Notes: generated from the sequence alone by a model not told the origin. A DNA stretch of 40,380 nt from a bacterium (GCA_041640655.1 JBEPZV010000021.1:1-40380), one strand, 5' to 3'. Shown: positions 27,284 through 38,046, counted from the stretch's first letter. Numbers and translations are program-made.

Positions 27284-30200
27284 TCAGAAGCTGAGCTTCA
27301 AGGCGAACTGCACCACGCGGTTGGGCTCACCTGTGGCGATGATCGTGGCCGAGCTGGGCACAGCCGCCGTCACGCAACAGGTCTGCCCAAAGAGCGAGCT
27401 GGTGATCGTCGGCGATCCCACGCTCGCATTGCGCGGGTTCTCAAAGTTCGGATGGTTGAAGACGTTGAAGAACTCCGTGCGGAAATCGAGCCGCACGCGC
27501 TCGGTGAGCTGGAACTTCTTGATGAGCCCCATGTCCATGTTCCAGAAACCGGGCCCTTGCACCGCGTTCCGTCCCATCCCATGCCGACCAGGGGCCGGGA
27601 TGCAGAAGTAGCTCTCGGTCCCGATCACCTGACGGCAGTTGAAGAAGGGGCTGGCCGGATCCACGATGCGATCGCCGACATGGAAGACCACGGGCCCCGG
27701 GATCCCGGGGACGAATTGCAGCTTCGACTTGGGCATCGGCCCGCGCACCTCGGCCCGGGATTGTTTGGTCTGGTGCACGGTGCGCACGCCGGAGTTGAGC
27801 GTATACGGCTCGCCGCTCTGATAGATGTAGATGCCCGTGATGGTCCAGCCACCCAGCACGTGCTGCAACACGCCCGGCCAATTGCTCCCCCACCGTTGCC
27901 CGCGACCAAACGGCATGTCATAGAGCCAGTTGACGACGAGCACGTGTCGGTTGTCGAAGTCCGAGCGCGCGCGATCCAGCTTGAAGTTGCGCACATCCGT
28001 GGGCGTGCGGGAATTGGTCGTGCTCAATCCCCCGCCGGACGTCGCCGCCACCGGATCCACCGACATATCGTCAATGGACTTCGAGAGCGTATACGCGAGT
28101 CCGAACGTCAGCCCCTTCTCATACCGACGCTGCAGTTGAACGATCATGCCGTGATAGCTGGAGCTGCCACCGGAATCGAAATAGAAGATCTGCCCGAACT
28201 GCGCATTGGGCCGGAAGTAGTTGGCCGGGAAGCCACGATTGACAATCCAATCCGCGCCCGAGAGCTGATCAATCCGAACGGCCAGATCGCCCACGCCACC
28301 GTTGAGCACGTCCGTGGCGAAGGCCCCGCGATACCGCGATGAGGTCGGCGATGTGGCGTTGAGCAAGCGGCTGAGCAGCGGCAGAGGCACTTGTCCCGGC
28401 AGACCGAAGTAGGCGAAGTTATCCACCGTGCGGCTCGCCGCGGGAATCCCCGCTGCCGCCTGCGCCGCCAGACAGGCATCCGGATTGAGCTTGCAGATCA
28501 TGATGTTCTTCTGCGCGTTCAGGAACTCCTGCAGGAACTCCGGCGGATAGCGGAATTGATTCAGGTCGTACGCGCGATAGAGGCGCATCCCGCGCTTGCC
28601 GATATATCCCACCTGTCCCACGAACGCATGGGGCAGCTCGCGCTGGATCGTCAAGCTCCACTCGTGCACGGTCGGGACCTTGAGATTCGGATCGAAAGCT
28701 CCGACCTGCGGCGCCAGTCCGAGCGGCCGCTCCGGGAGCCGCAGCAGCTCCGACGGCTTCTGCGTCGGCGGCCCAAGGTCCAGCGGCTTCACCGCGGCCA
28801 TGAGCTGGCTCAACCGTACGTCGTTGGGGATGTCCTTGCACGGCCCCGTGGGCGGATCCTGCACGTTCACGACGCACCGCAGGACGCTGCCCGGAATCAT
28901 CCCGGAGATGGCCGTCACCTGGAAGGTCGAGATCGTGTCGAAGGCGATGCCCCACCCCATGCGAATGGCCGTCTTGCCGGACCCCTTCGGATCCCAGGCG
29001 AAGCTCACCCGCGGGGCGATCGTCGTCCAGTTCGTGCGCTTGAACCATTTGTCCGAGGGGACATAGGTGACCGGCCCTTGACTCCCATCCACAGGACGAT
29101 CCGGCACGAAGACGCGATCGCAGCAGTCCTTGGGCGGCAGGTTGATCTCCCACCGGAATCCGTAGGTCATCGTGAAGTTCCGCCGGATGCGCCATTCGTC
29201 CTGCGCGTAGAAGTTGTACTGCTTGACGCGCGTGCCCGCGACAAAGGGCGCGAAGATGTATTGATCGCGCTTGAAGTCCGCGATGAACGCCTGTTGCACG
29301 CGAGCGGGGATGCCCATCAACTCCACGATCGCCTGCTGCAGATTGACGTTATCGCTCGAATTGATCCCCGGAGCCCCCGGGAATCCAGCCGCCACACCCG
29401 GCGCCGTATTGCTCGTCGGCGGGCGTACGCTCTGGCTGAAGATGATCGTCGGCCACATGTTGAATCCACCCGGCACGCCGCGATTGTCGTTGTGCCGGTA
29501 GAGCCGGAAGTTGATCCCCGTGCGGATGCTGTGGGCCCCTCGCACGTAGCTCAGATTGTCAATGAACTGGATCGTGCTCACAGCCCGCCGCGTGAACGGC
29601 GTGTTGCAGAACGGCGTGTCCACGAGCGAGAGCGAGTCATCGCCGAAGCATTCTTGCCCATAGGGCGGAGGTTCCACGCCGAACTTCGTATTGGCCTCCC
29701 GCAGCAGGAACGTGAACATGAAGCGGCTGAATCCGGTCGTGAACTCATTGACCATCCGCGAGGAGATGACCCGCCGATAGTTGAGGGCCAACCCTTGCGA
29801 TTCCCGGCTCACCTCCCCGAGCGGCGCGAAGCCCGGGAAGATCGAAGGCCGCGCGTTCAGGAAATCGCCCTCGCGCGTGTCCCAATCCGAGAGGAGCAAG
29901 CGCCCGAACATGCTGTTGTTCTCGTCGAACTTGTGATCAATGCGGAACAGGTTGTGGGGCCCCTTGAATCGCGAGGGCGGATTCCAGATGAAGCCCGCCG
30001 TGTTCAGTCCATCGCCGACGGTGAACGTATTGGGCGAGGGGAACTTCGCGAGCATCTCCCGCATGAGCGGGTCCGGGCCGAGGCCCGCCGGATCGCTCGC
30101 GAAGATATTGTAGGTGCGAATGCACCCCAATTCCGTGGGCGTCGCGCACATGCGCACACCGGGCCGCAGCGCCCCGGTGACCGGGTCCACCAACCGCGGC

Positions 30201-31267
30201 GAATTCCGTGTGATGATGACGCCATCCAGAATGAGGGGGTTCGCCGGATCCGGGACGAAGTAGCGGAAGATGCCTTGCTTCTTCAACGTGTCCGTATAAA
30301 CGAGCGGCACGCCGAACGACTGCGCGATCGGCATCGTCTGCTTGATCCGGTTCCCCTGCCAGCTCACGAAGAAGAACGTCTTGTTCTTGACGATCGGCCC
30401 ACCCCCGGACGCCCCAAACTGATGCAGCAGGAGCGTCGGCCGCTCTAAGCCCGAGGCGTTGTTGAACCACTCGTTGGCATTGAGCACCGTGTTGCGGTGG
30501 AACCAGAAGAGGTCGCCATGAAATTCGTTCGTGCCCGAGCGCGTCACGATGTTGACGTTGGCGCCGCTGTTGCGTCCGAACTCCGGCGTCGCATTGTGCG
30601 TGACCACGCGATACTCTTGCACATTGTCCGGATTGAGCCGGTAGACGTTGTTCTGCGGATTCGGCACTGAGGACTCGTTGGCATCAATGCCATCAATCGT
30701 CACGTTGTGCGCGCGATCGCGTGAGCCGAAGACGTGCGTCCCTGAGCCCAAAGCCCCCGTCGTGCGCTGCACCAGTCCGGGCTCCAGGATGATGAGGCTC
30801 AAGGGATTGCGTCCGTTGAGCGGCAGCTCGACGATGGCCCGCTGCGTCACCACGCCGCCGAGCATGGCGTGGCTCGTCTCGATGCGCTCGTACGCTCCGG
30901 TCACTTCCACCACCTCCGTCGGCTGCCCCACCTCCAGCGTCACGTTCACCACAAGCGGCGCGCCGATCGTCAACACGTTGCGCGTGCCAACGTAGGTCCG
31001 AAAGCCCGGATACTCCACGGTGATCGTATAACTGCCGACCGGCAACGACTCCAACGCGTACGTTCCGGCCGATGTCGTCGTCGTCTTATACTCGACCCCT
31101 GTCGCCTCATTTCTGGCCGTGACGACCGCCCCCTGGATCACGGCGCCGGTCGGATCCACGACCGTGCCCGTGATTCGGCTGGTGGCCGTTTGCGCCGAGA
31201 CGGTCCCCACCACGATGAAGAGACACAGGGGAAGAATCACGAGGAGCGATGCACAGACCTTGCGCAT
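27284..31267 (-). CDS. TonB-dependent receptor, Oar-like, 1327 aa
   Basis: Signal peptide VSA-Q; ITGTVVDPTGAVI; ELPLNGRNP; PEFGRNSGANVNIVTRSGTNEFHG; C-terminal RVVQFALKLSF; SD GAGGAGG. Confidence 0.93.
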   Translation of the reverse strand: MRKVCASLLVILPLCLFIVVGTVSAQTATSRITGTVVDPTGAVIQGAVVTARNEATGVEYKTTTTSAGTYALESLPVGSYTITVEYPGFRTYVGTRNVLTIGAPLVVNVTLEVGQPTEVVEVTGAYERIETSHAMLGGVVTQRAIVELPLNGRNPLSLIILEPGLVQRTTGALGSGTHVFGSRDRAHNVTIDGIDANESSVPNPQNNVYRLNPDNVQEYRVVTHNATPEFGRNSGANVNIVTRSGTNEFHGDLFWFHRNTVLNANEWFNNASGLERPTLLLHQFGASGGGPIVKNKTFFFVSWQGNRIKQTMPIAQSFGVPLVYTDTLKKQGIFRYFVPDPANPLILDGVIITRNSPRLVDPVTGALRPGVRMCATPTELGCIRTYNIFASDPAGLGPDPLMREMLAKFPSPNTFTVGDGLNTAGFIWNPPSRFKGPHNLFRIDHKFDENNSMFGRLLLSDWDTREGDFLNARPSIFPGFAPLGEVSRESQGLALNYRRVISSRMVNEFTTGFSRFMFTFLLREANTKFGVEPPPYGQECFGDDSLSLVDTPFCNTPFTRRAVSTIQFIDNLSYVRGAHSIRTGINFRLYRHNDNRGVPGGFNMWPTIIFSQSVRPPTSNTAPGVAAGFPGAPGINSSDNVNLQQAIVELMGIPARVQQAFIADFKRDQYIFAPFVAGTRVKQYNFYAQDEWRIRRNFTMTYGFRWEINLPPKDCCDRVFVPDRPVDGSQGPVTYVPSDKWFKRTNWTTIAPRVSFAWDPKGSGKTAIRMGWGIAFDTISTFQVTAISGMIPGSVLRCVVNVQDPPTGPCKDIPNDVRLSQLMAAVKPLDLGPPTQKPSELLRLPERPLGLAPQVGAFDPNLKVPTVHEWSLTIQRELPHAFVGQVGYIGKRGMRLYRAYDLNQFRYPPEFLQEFLNAQKNIMICKLNPDACLAAQAAAGIPAASRTVDNFAYFGLPGQVPLPLLSRLLNATSPTSSRYRGAFATDVLNGGVGDLAVRIDQLSGADWIVNRGFPANYFRPNAQFGQIFYFDSGGSSSYHGMIVQLQRRYEKGLTFGLAYTLSKSIDDMSVDPVAATSGGGLSTTNSRTPTDVRNFKLDRARSDFDNRHVLVVNWLYDMPFGRGQRWGSNWPGVLQHVLGGWTITGIYIYQSGEPYTLNSGVRTVHQTKQSRAEVRGPMPKSKLQFVPGIPGPVVFHVGDRIVDPASPFFNCRQVIGTESYFCIPAPGRHGMGRNAVQGPGFWNMDMGLIKKFQLTERVRLDFRTEFFNVFNHPNFENPRNASVGSPTITSSLFGQTCCVTAAVPSSATIIATGEPNRVVQFALKLSF

Positions 31268-31314
31268 AACCGACCCTCCTCAGTTTCGGTTGTCCTCCCC
31301 GAAAAACCGGCCAG

Positions 31315-31344
31315 AAAATAGCACGCACGCCGGCGGAGCGTCAA
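31315..31344 (-). promoter_or_regulatory. sigma70-type promoter with extended -10 for the second TonB receptor
   Basis: Minus strand TTGACG-18 bp-TATTTT with TGn. Confidence 0.5.
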
Positions 31345-31479
31345 GTGAAAAGATCTTATGGGACCATGAAGTTTGATGATGGCCGGTGCCCGGAAGGTCC
31401 TCACCTCCCCCTTTACCTCCGCCCCCGATCATGTCACAATCTCCCCCGACGATCAGTCCAGTCGGGAGAGGGTCGAGCG

Positions 31480-32259
31480 ATGAGGCGAACGATCAAAGGC
31501 GTGATCCTGGCGGGCGGACTGGGGACGCGATTGTATCCGCTGACGAAGGTGACCAACAAACATCTGCTCCCCGTGTACAACAAGCCGATGATCTACTATC
31601 CGCTGGAGACGCTTGTCGAAGCAGGCATTCGCGACATCATGATCGTGACCGGGGGGAATAATGCTGGGGATTTCCTCCGGCTGCTGGGCAATGGGGCCGA
31701 GTTCGGACTGAAGCATCTGCACTACACGTACCAGCAGGGCGAGGGGGGGATCGCGGCGGCGCTCAGCTTGGCCGAGCACTTCGCCGATGGACATCTGCTC
31801 TGCGTCATCCTGGGCGACAACATCATCGAGAAATCCATCGCCCCCTACGTCCAGCGGTATTTGGAACAAGGATCGGGCGCGAAAATTCTGCTCAAGGAGG
31901 TCCCCGATCCCACGCGCTTCGGCGTGCCGGTCATCGAGAATGGACGCATCATTCGCATCGAGGAGAAGCCGAAGGTCCCCGGCTCGCCCTACGCCGTCAC
32001 CGGGATTTACTTCTACGACGAGAAGGTCTTCGACATCATTCGCACGCTCAAGCCGAGTGCCCGCGGCGAGCTGGAGATCACCGATGTCAACAATGCCTAT
32101 CTGGAGCGTGGGGAGCTGACCTACGATATCCTGGACGGCTGGTGGACCGACGCCGGAACCTTCGAGAGCCTGCTCCTGGCCAATCAGCTTGTGGCCGAGC
32201 GAGAGCGGCGGCGCTCGCGCGCGGCTTCGGAATCGGCGCACCCCTCTCCCTCGACGTGA
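31480..32259 (+). CDS. Glucose-1-phosphate thymidylyltransferase family (RmlA/SpsI-like)
   Basis: GVILAGGLGTRLYPLT..NKHLLPVYNKPMIYYP, LGDN, IEEKP, SARGELEITD, WTDAGT. Confidence 0.9.
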   Translation: MRRTIKGVILAGGLGTRLYPLTKVTNKHLLPVYNKPMIYYPLETLVEAGIRDIMIVTGGNNAGDFLRLLGNGAEFGLKHLHYTYQQGEGGIAAALSLAEHFADGHLLCVILGDNIIEKSIAPYVQRYLEQGSGAKILLKEVPDPTRFGVPVIENGRIIRIEEKPKVPGSPYAVTGIYFYDEKVFDIIRTLKPSARGELEITDVNNAYLERGELTYDILDGWWTDAGTFESLLLANQLVAERERRRSRAASESAHPSPST

Positions 32260-32271
32260 CGGGAGGCTCTC

Positions 32272-33543
32272 ATGAAACGGCGTGAGTTCGTACAGCAGGC
32301 CATGGCGGCGGCCGTGCTCGGCCTCTCACGCGAGCAAGTGGTGCATCTGCTGCGCTCGGAAGCCCCGCCACTTCCCTCGGACGCCCTCTACGAGCGCGAT
32401 CCTCGGTGGTACTGGGCCGAGATGCGACGTCAGTTCCTGCTCGATCCCAACCACATCAATCTCAATTGTGGCTCCTTGGGCGTCTGCCCGCTCCCGGTGA
32501 TCCGAGCCGTCGCCGAGCATCTGTTCACCTCGGAAGCCTTCAACGAGCCCGACTATCCGTGGTGGGGCTACGCGGAGAATGACCACATCCGCGAAGTGCG
32601 CGAGGAGCTGGCGCAGTTCCTCGGTGTCTCTCGCGATGAGATCGCCCTGGTGCGGAACGCCACGGAAGCCATGAATACGGTCTGCAACGGACTGGATCTC
32701 AATCGGGGTGACGTCGTCGTGACGACGGATCAAGAGCATCCGGGAGGGCTGTGCTGCTGGCAACAGAAGGAAGCGCGTTTCGGCATTCGCCTTCGGTACG
32801 TGAAGCTGCCGCTTCCTCCTGCGTCCAAGGAGCAGATTCTCGAGCTCTTCGATCGCGCGCTCACGCCCGAGGTGCGCGTCGTCAGCTTCAGCCACATCAC
32901 GACGACGACGGGGCTCGTCCTTCCGGCCAAGGAGATCTGCGCCATGGCGCGCGAGCGGGGCATCCTCTCGGTCGTGGATGGGGCGCATGCCATCGGCCAG
33001 CTTTCCCTCAATCTGCGGGAGATCGGTTGCGATTTCTACGCAACGAGCCCGCATAAATGGCTCCTGGCGCCGAAGGGGACCGGCGTCCTCTATTTGCGCG
33101 AGGGAGTTCAGGATCGGCTCTGGGTCAATATCGCCAGCGGGGAGTGGAACAATAAGGCGCTGAAGGCCTATCGCTTCAGCAATCTGGGGACCTGCAACCT
33201 CTCGCTGCTCAAGGGCCTGTTGGCGGCCCTTCGGTTCCATCGCCAGATCGGGTCCGAGCGCATCTTCGCGCGACAGCGAGAACTGGCCCGCCTCGTCTAC
33301 GAGGGGTTTCAGCATCTGCCGCAGGCGAAACTGCTCACGCCGGATCACCCGGAGCTGTGGGGAGCGATGACGACGGCTCAATTCCCGGAGGCTGAAGCCG
33401 AGCGCGTGCGCCGCGTGCTGACTGAGCACCATATCCGCGTGGGTGGGGGAGGACCACGTCTGCGCATCTCCACACACATCTTCACGCAACCGGAAGAGAT
33501 CGCGACGTTCTTCGCCGTGCTCACCCGCGCCCTGAAGACGTGA
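32272..33543 (+). CDS. Class V PLP aminotransferase (isopenicillin N epimerase/cysteine lyase-like) with Tat-like signal
   Basis: MKRREFV..AAAVLGL; LNCGSLG; RNATEA; VDGAH; TSPHKW (PLP Lys); LRISTH. Confidence 0.85.
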   Translation: MKRREFVQQAMAAAVLGLSREQVVHLLRSEAPPLPSDALYERDPRWYWAEMRRQFLLDPNHINLNCGSLGVCPLPVIRAVAEHLFTSEAFNEPDYPWWGYAENDHIREVREELAQFLGVSRDEIALVRNATEAMNTVCNGLDLNRGDVVVTTDQEHPGGLCCWQQKEARFGIRLRYVKLPLPPASKEQILELFDRALTPEVRVVSFSHITTTTGLVLPAKEICAMARERGILSVVDGAHAIGQLSLNLREIGCDFYATSPHKWLLAPKGTGVLYLREGVQDRLWVNIASGEWNNKALKAYRFSNLGTCNLSLLKGLLAALRFHRQIGSERIFARQRELARLVYEGFQHLPQAKLLTPDHPELWGAMTTAQFPEAEAERVRRVLTEHHIRVGGGGPRLRISTHIFTQPEEIATFFAVLTRALKT

Positions 33544-33555
33544 GCGCGCCACGCC

Positions 33556-34005
33556 TCACGCGAAGCTCTCGCTCTCGTGCAGTCGGCGTCGAGCGCGCCA
33601 CCGCCTGAGCCCCCAGAGGGTCACGACGTAGGCCAGGAGCGCCGCCCCCGCCCCCACCACTAATCCCCCCACCCAGAGCGCCGCGCCCGCTCTCACGAGA
33701 TCCATGGCCTCAAGCTCCCGAAGCTCCGGGGTCCGATCCCTCTGCCCGAGCAGCCATTTCCCGACTCGATACGTCAGTGCATACACGAAGGGCGCCGTCA
33801 GCGGATTGGTGATCTGAATGCCGGCCAGCGCGGCCAGCGGATTGACGCGAAAGAGGGCGGAGAGGGAGAGCGCTAAGGGGATTTGGAAGCCGAGCGTCGG
33901 CGTGAAATTGATGAGCAGGCCAAGCGCCAGCCCGCCCGCGATCTCTCGAGGGGAAGCCCGACTCTGTAGGGCGCGACGAATGAAGCGGAGCACCTTCTTC
34001 CACAT
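33556..34005 (-). CDS. DUF2062 membrane protein
   Basis: SPREIAGGLALGL..FTP.LG.Q, ITNPLT.P..Y...YRVG. Confidence 0.82.
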   Translation of the reverse strand: MWKKVLRFIRRALQSRASPREIAGGLALGLLINFTPTLGFQIPLALSLSALFRVNPLAALAGIQITNPLTAPFVYALTYRVGKWLLGQRDRTPELRELEAMDLVRAGAALWVGGLVVGAGAALLAYVVTLWGLRRWRARRRLHESESFA

Positions 34006-34131
34006 AGCTTCACCACATACCGTCCAGCTCGCTGGCAGGACCCACAATGACTCGGAGACCATTGAGGGACCCGAACGCTCCGTTAGAAGCTCCAACCCCG
34101 GTGAGCGTTGGCTCGCTCGCGCGGATTCGCA

Positions 34132-35166
34132 TTATACGATGCGCGAGGCCGCCCGACGGAGCCGATCCATGACGGCGATTCCCAGGCCCTCCTCTTCGAC
34201 CCCCTCGACCACGATCACCTCGACCCCCTGTTGATCCAACTCCCGAAAGATCGCGAACAGCCGCCGCGCATACTCCTGCGGATCGGGGGACAATTCCACC
34301 AGATGCACCGTCGCCTTCCCGAACGAGACCCCGCGATCTCGCCCAACATAGCCGATGCGATGCGCGCGCGCCCCCAAGCGTTCAAGGAGTGGCCGATGCT
34401 TCGCCTCCTCCCACCGCTCGATGAGCACCACTTCGGCCCGAGGGCGATAATGCCGATAGCGCGTGCCGGGCGAGCGGCGCGCGACCCTGGCCTCGGCCCC
34501 GAGTCGGACGTCGCCAAGGAAGGGTCGAAGCTGCTCAGGAGAGACCCCGCCGGGACGCAGAATCGTCGGTGGCGAGGTCGTCAGATCCAAGACCGTAGAC
34601 TCGACGCCAATGCGCGTCGGGCCACCATCGAGGATCAGCTCAATGCGCCCCTGCAAGTCTTCCAACACATGCTCGGCCGCCGTCGGACTCGGGCGCCCGG
34701 AGAGATTCGCGCTCGGCGCGGCAATGGGATGCCCCAGGGCTCGGATGAGTGCGAGCGCGATCGCGCTATCGGGCATACGGACGGCGACCGTCTCCAGTCC
34801 CCCCGTGGTTTCCAGAGGCACCTGCTCATGTCGCGGAAGCACGAGCGTCAACGGACCAGGCCAAAAGTGCTCGGCCAAGACCCGCGCCGACTCAGGGATC
34901 TCCCGCGCCACGTCGCGAAGTTGCTCCGTCCCGGCGACGTGTATGATGAGCGGATTATCCGCTGGCCGCCCCTTGACAGCGAAGATGCGTCGGACGGCCT
35001 GGGGATTGAGGGCATCGGCGCCAAGTCCGTAGACCGTCTCCGTCGGAAAGGCGACAAGTCCCCCACGCCGAAGCACAGCAGCCGCTCGTTCAATCGCATC
35101 CGGCTCCGGTGCCTCAGGAGTGACGCGCACGACCTCGGTCTGGACTTCCGGCTCTGACGCGGACAC
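34132..35166 (-). CDS. tsaC: L-threonylcarbamoyladenylate synthase (Sua5/TsaC2)
   Basis: VAFPTETVYGLGA, KGRPADNPLIIH, FWPGPLT, APSANLSG, SPGTRYRHY linker, C-terminal MDRLRRAA. Confidence 0.93.
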   Translation of the reverse strand: MSASEPEVQTEVVRVTPEAPEPDAIERAAAVLRRGGLVAFPTETVYGLGADALNPQAVRRIFAVKGRPADNPLIIHVAGTEQLRDVAREIPESARVLAEHFWPGPLTLVLPRHEQVPLETTGGLETVAVRMPDSAIALALIRALGHPIAAPSANLSGRPSPTAAEHVLEDLQGRIELILDGGPTRIGVESTVLDLTTSPPTILRPGGVSPEQLRPFLGDVRLGAEARVARRSPGTRYRHYRPRAEVVLIERWEEAKHRPLLERLGARAHRIGYVGRDRGVSFGKATVHLVELSPDPQEYARRLFAIFRELDQQGVEVIVVEGVEEEGLGIAVMDRLRRAASRIV

Positions 35167-35174
35167 GTCAGCGA

Positions 35175-36362
35175 TTACCGCTCGACGACCATAGCGACGG
35201 CCTCCCCGCCGCCGATGCAGAGCGTGACCAGGCCGCGACGAGCCTGCCGCCGCTTCATCTCATAAAGAAGCGTGGTGAGCAAGCGCGCGCCGCTGGCGCC
35301 AATGGGATGGCCGAAGGCAACGGCCCCTCCGTTGACGTTCACCCTCTTCGCATCCAGTTCCAGCAACCGGATCGCCGCCAGCGCCACGACGGCGAAAGCC
35401 TCGTTGATCTCAAACAGATCAATGTCCGAGAGCGCGAGCCCCGTCTTCCGCAAGACCTTCTGGATCGCATCCACCGGAGCGACGGGGAACTCTTCCGGCT
35501 GGCGCGCGGCAGCGACCGCTCCCACAATGCGGGCGAGCGGTCGCAGCCCCATGGCTTCAGCCCGCTCGCGCGCCATCAAAACGACGGCCGCTGCGCCATC
35601 GTTGATCTTTGAGGCATTGGCGGGCGTGATCGTCCCCCCTGGCTCGAAGGCGGGCTTAAGCGTTTTCATCTTCTCGAAGTCCACGCGCTTGGGTTCTTCA
35701 TCCTCAGTCACCAGGATCGTCCCTCCCTTGGGCTGCGGGGCTTCGACGGGCACGATCTCCTCAGCCAGCAGCCCCTGCTCCTGAGCGCGCCGCGCGCGCC
35801 GATAGCTCTCAGCCGCGTACTCATCTTGCTCCTCGCGGGAGATCTCCAACCGACGCGCGCAGAGTTCCCCGGCATTCCCCATGTGGAAGTTATTGTAGAC
35901 GTCCCAGAGCCCATCTTTGATCATACTATCCACCACCTCACCGTGTCCGAGCCGATAGCCTGTCCGCACGCGCTCCAGCAGATATGGGGCGTTGCTCATG
36001 CTCTCCATCCCCCCGGCGACGATGACCTCCGCATCGCCGAGAGCGATCGCCTGTTCGGCGAGCATCACGGCCTTCAACCCAGATCCGCAGACCTTGTTGA
36101 TCGTCAGGCATTCGACCTTCGTCGGCAATCCAGCGAAGAGCGCGGCCTGCCGCGCCGGGGCTTGCCCGACACCCGCCTGTAGCACATTCCCCATGATGAC
36201 CTCATCGACGTCCTCCGGTGCCACGCTCGCACGGCGTAGCGCCTCGCGAATGGCTGCCGCTCCGAGCCGTGGGGCTGAGAGCCTGCTGAGCGCCCCGAGG
36301 AACGATCCGATAGGCGTTCGCGCCGCCCCCACGATGACAACTTCGCGCCGTTCGCTCCCCAT
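35175..36362 (-). CDS. Acetyl-CoA C-acetyltransferase (thiolase)
   Basis: RTPIG, INKVCGSG (catalytic Cys), GGMESMS, EINEAFA, GHPIGASG, LCIGGG. Confidence 0.95.
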   Translation of the reverse strand: MGSERREVVIVGAARTPIGSFLGALSRLSAPRLGAAAIREALRRASVAPEDVDEVIMGNVLQAGVGQAPARQAALFAGLPTKVECLTINKVCGSGLKAVMLAEQAIALGDAEVIVAGGMESMSNAPYLLERVRTGYRLGHGEVVDSMIKDGLWDVYNNFHMGNAGELCARRLEISREEQDEYAAESYRRARRAQEQGLLAEEIVPVEAPQPKGGTILVTEDEEPKRVDFEKMKTLKPAFEPGGTITPANASKINDGAAAVVLMARERAEAMGLRPLARIVGAVAAARQPEEFPVAPVDAIQKVLRKTGLALSDIDLFEINEAFAVVALAAIRLLELDAKRVNVNGGAVAFGHPIGASGARLLTTLLYEMKRRQARRGLVTLCIGGGEAVAMVVER

Positions 36363-36580
36363 AAGTCCCCCCCTTCGCGTCGTCACTTCTTCCGCCCCTG
36401 CGAAAGAAGATGCCCTGAGATTCACCGAACGCGCTCGCCGCGCGCCCGGGATGTTCAAGAGACCTCTTCAATCTTAGCTCAGCTCTCCGCCCTCGTCGAG
36501 GAAGCGCAGCGAGAAGCATCACCATGGGCTCCCCTCCCCTCCGCTCGCGCGACGCCATCGGGCTCCGACACTCGACCCAT

Positions 36581-36608
36581 CGAAAATACGGCATTCGCCG
36601 TATTGACG
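36581..36608 (+). promoter_or_regulatory. Palindromic operator abutting a -35 box upstream of the histidine kinase
   Basis: AATACGGC-ATTC-GCCGTATT (36585-36604) overlapping TTGACG (36603-36608); CGAAAATACGGC identical to 16631-16642. Confidence 0.6.
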
Positions 36609-36672
36609 GAAGGAGAAAAATAGGGCCAAATAAGCGACGGCAGCCGCGGAGCTTCATCAACGAGGATGGGGA

Positions 36673-38046
36673 ATGAGCGTAATTGGCAGTGGATTTCCGA
36701 CTGTGGGCTCATGCGTGAGCGGAGAGCACGGGCTGTGGTTCCTCACGCTCGTCTTCCTCTTCGCGGGGCGATTGTCTCTCAAAAGCGGGAAGTCCTCACG
36801 CGGGTCGGATCTCGAACGCGGGGAGGGATCAGAGGCGGATCGAATCGAGGACCGCTCGCACATCCACTACCAGGCCAATGAGCTGTTGCTGCGTGGCTTA
36901 GATACCCTGATGAGTGAGTTCCCCATTCCGGTGTGGATCGCCGAATGGCCCTCGGGGAGGATCCGCTCGATGAATCGCGCCTGGGAGCAGCTCTTGCATC
37001 GCCCTCTGGAACCGCGCTCGACGCTCTTCAATTGCACGGACTGGTACGGCTTCTATCACCCGGACGTCGGCATCTATCCGGCCGAGTGGTTCCCTCCCTT
37101 GCGCGCGGTCAAGGCGGGCGCGCCCGTTGTTGTGGAAGACCTGCGCGCGATGACGCCCGAGGGAGATCGGCGGCTGCTGGTCGGCTGGGCCACGCCGTTG
37201 CGTGGTTATGCGGGCGAGATCATCGGCGTCCTCACCGCCTTCTTCGACGTGACCGACGCGCAGAAGAAAGAAGAGGCCTATGAGGCCCGGATTCAGGAGC
37301 TGACGCGCGAGGTGGAGAAACTCCGGGGCCAGCTCAGGACCGTGGAGCGAAAGATGGCGCAGGCGCATCAGCTCTCGATCATCGGCCAGATGACGGCGAT
37401 TCTCGCGCACGAGATCCGAAACCCCTTGGGCGCGATCGCCAATGCGGCGGAGCTGCTGCTGCAACTCCGTCCCGATGCCGATGAGAATGAGCGAGAGCTG
37501 CTGCAGCTCATCTCTTCGGAGGCGCGGCGGTTGAGCAGTTTCACCCGACAGGTCCTCACCTACGCGCGCATGCCGGATCCGGAACCCGTGCTCACCCACG
37601 TCCATGATGTGATCGAACAAGCGCTCGATCTCCTTCAGAAGGATCCGCAGTTCGACCCGCGCATCCGTATCCGCCGGGAGTTCTCCCCGGCGGTCACGCT
37701 CTGCTCGCTCGATCCCGATCTGATCAAAGAGGTCTTGTGGAATCTCCTCTTGAACGCGGTGCAAGCGATGCCCGAGGCCGGCGAGTTGGTCGTGGCGACC
37801 AGTCTCGGAGAGTTCCCCGATCGCCCATCGCAGCGCTGTGTGTGCATCGCCATTCGCGATTCCGGTGTGGGCATCGCCCCCAGTGATATGGAGAAGCTCT
37901 TCGATCCGTTCTTCACGACGAAGCCCTTTGGGACCGGATTAGGACTGGCCTCGGCCCGCCGCATCATCGAAGCGCACGGCGGGACGATCACCGTTCAGAG
38001 CAGCCCGGGAAAGGGGACAACTGTGACACTCTTCCTTCCACTATGA
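36673..38046 (+). CDS. PAS-domain sensor histidine kinase (NtrB-like), orphan
   Basis: PAS-like region ending FFDVT; coiled coil; H-box LAHEIRNPL; N-box NLLLNAVQAM; G1 DSGVGI; F FDPFFTTK; G2 GTGLGL; start uncertain. Confidence 0.92.
   Translation: MSVIGSGFPTVGSCVSGEHGLWFLTLVFLFAGRLSLKSGKSSRGSDLERGEGSEADRIEDRSHIHYQANELLLRGLDTLMSEFPIPVWIAEWPSGRIRSMNRAWEQLLHRPLEPRSTLFNCTDWYGFYHPDVGIYPAEWFPPLRAVKAGAPVVVEDLRAMTPEGDRRLLVGWATPLRGYAGEIIGVLTAFFDVTDAQKKEEAYEARIQELTREVEKLRGQLRTVERKMAQAHQLSIIGQMTAILAHEIRNPLGAIANAAELLLQLRPDADENERELLQLISSEARRLSSFTRQVLTYARMPDPEPVLTHVHDVIEQALDLLQKDPQFDPRIRIRREFSPAVTLCSLDPDLIKEVLWNLLLNAVQAMPEAGELVVATSLGEFPDRPSQRCVCIAIRDSGVGIAPSDMEKLFDPFFTTKPFGTGLGLASARRIIEAHGGTITVQSSPGKGTTVTLFLPL

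Noticed and set aside
31345..31360. Near-palindrome AAAAGATCTTAT next to the -35 of the second TonB receptor
   Set aside because: Single short instance with no second copy; too weak to call an operator
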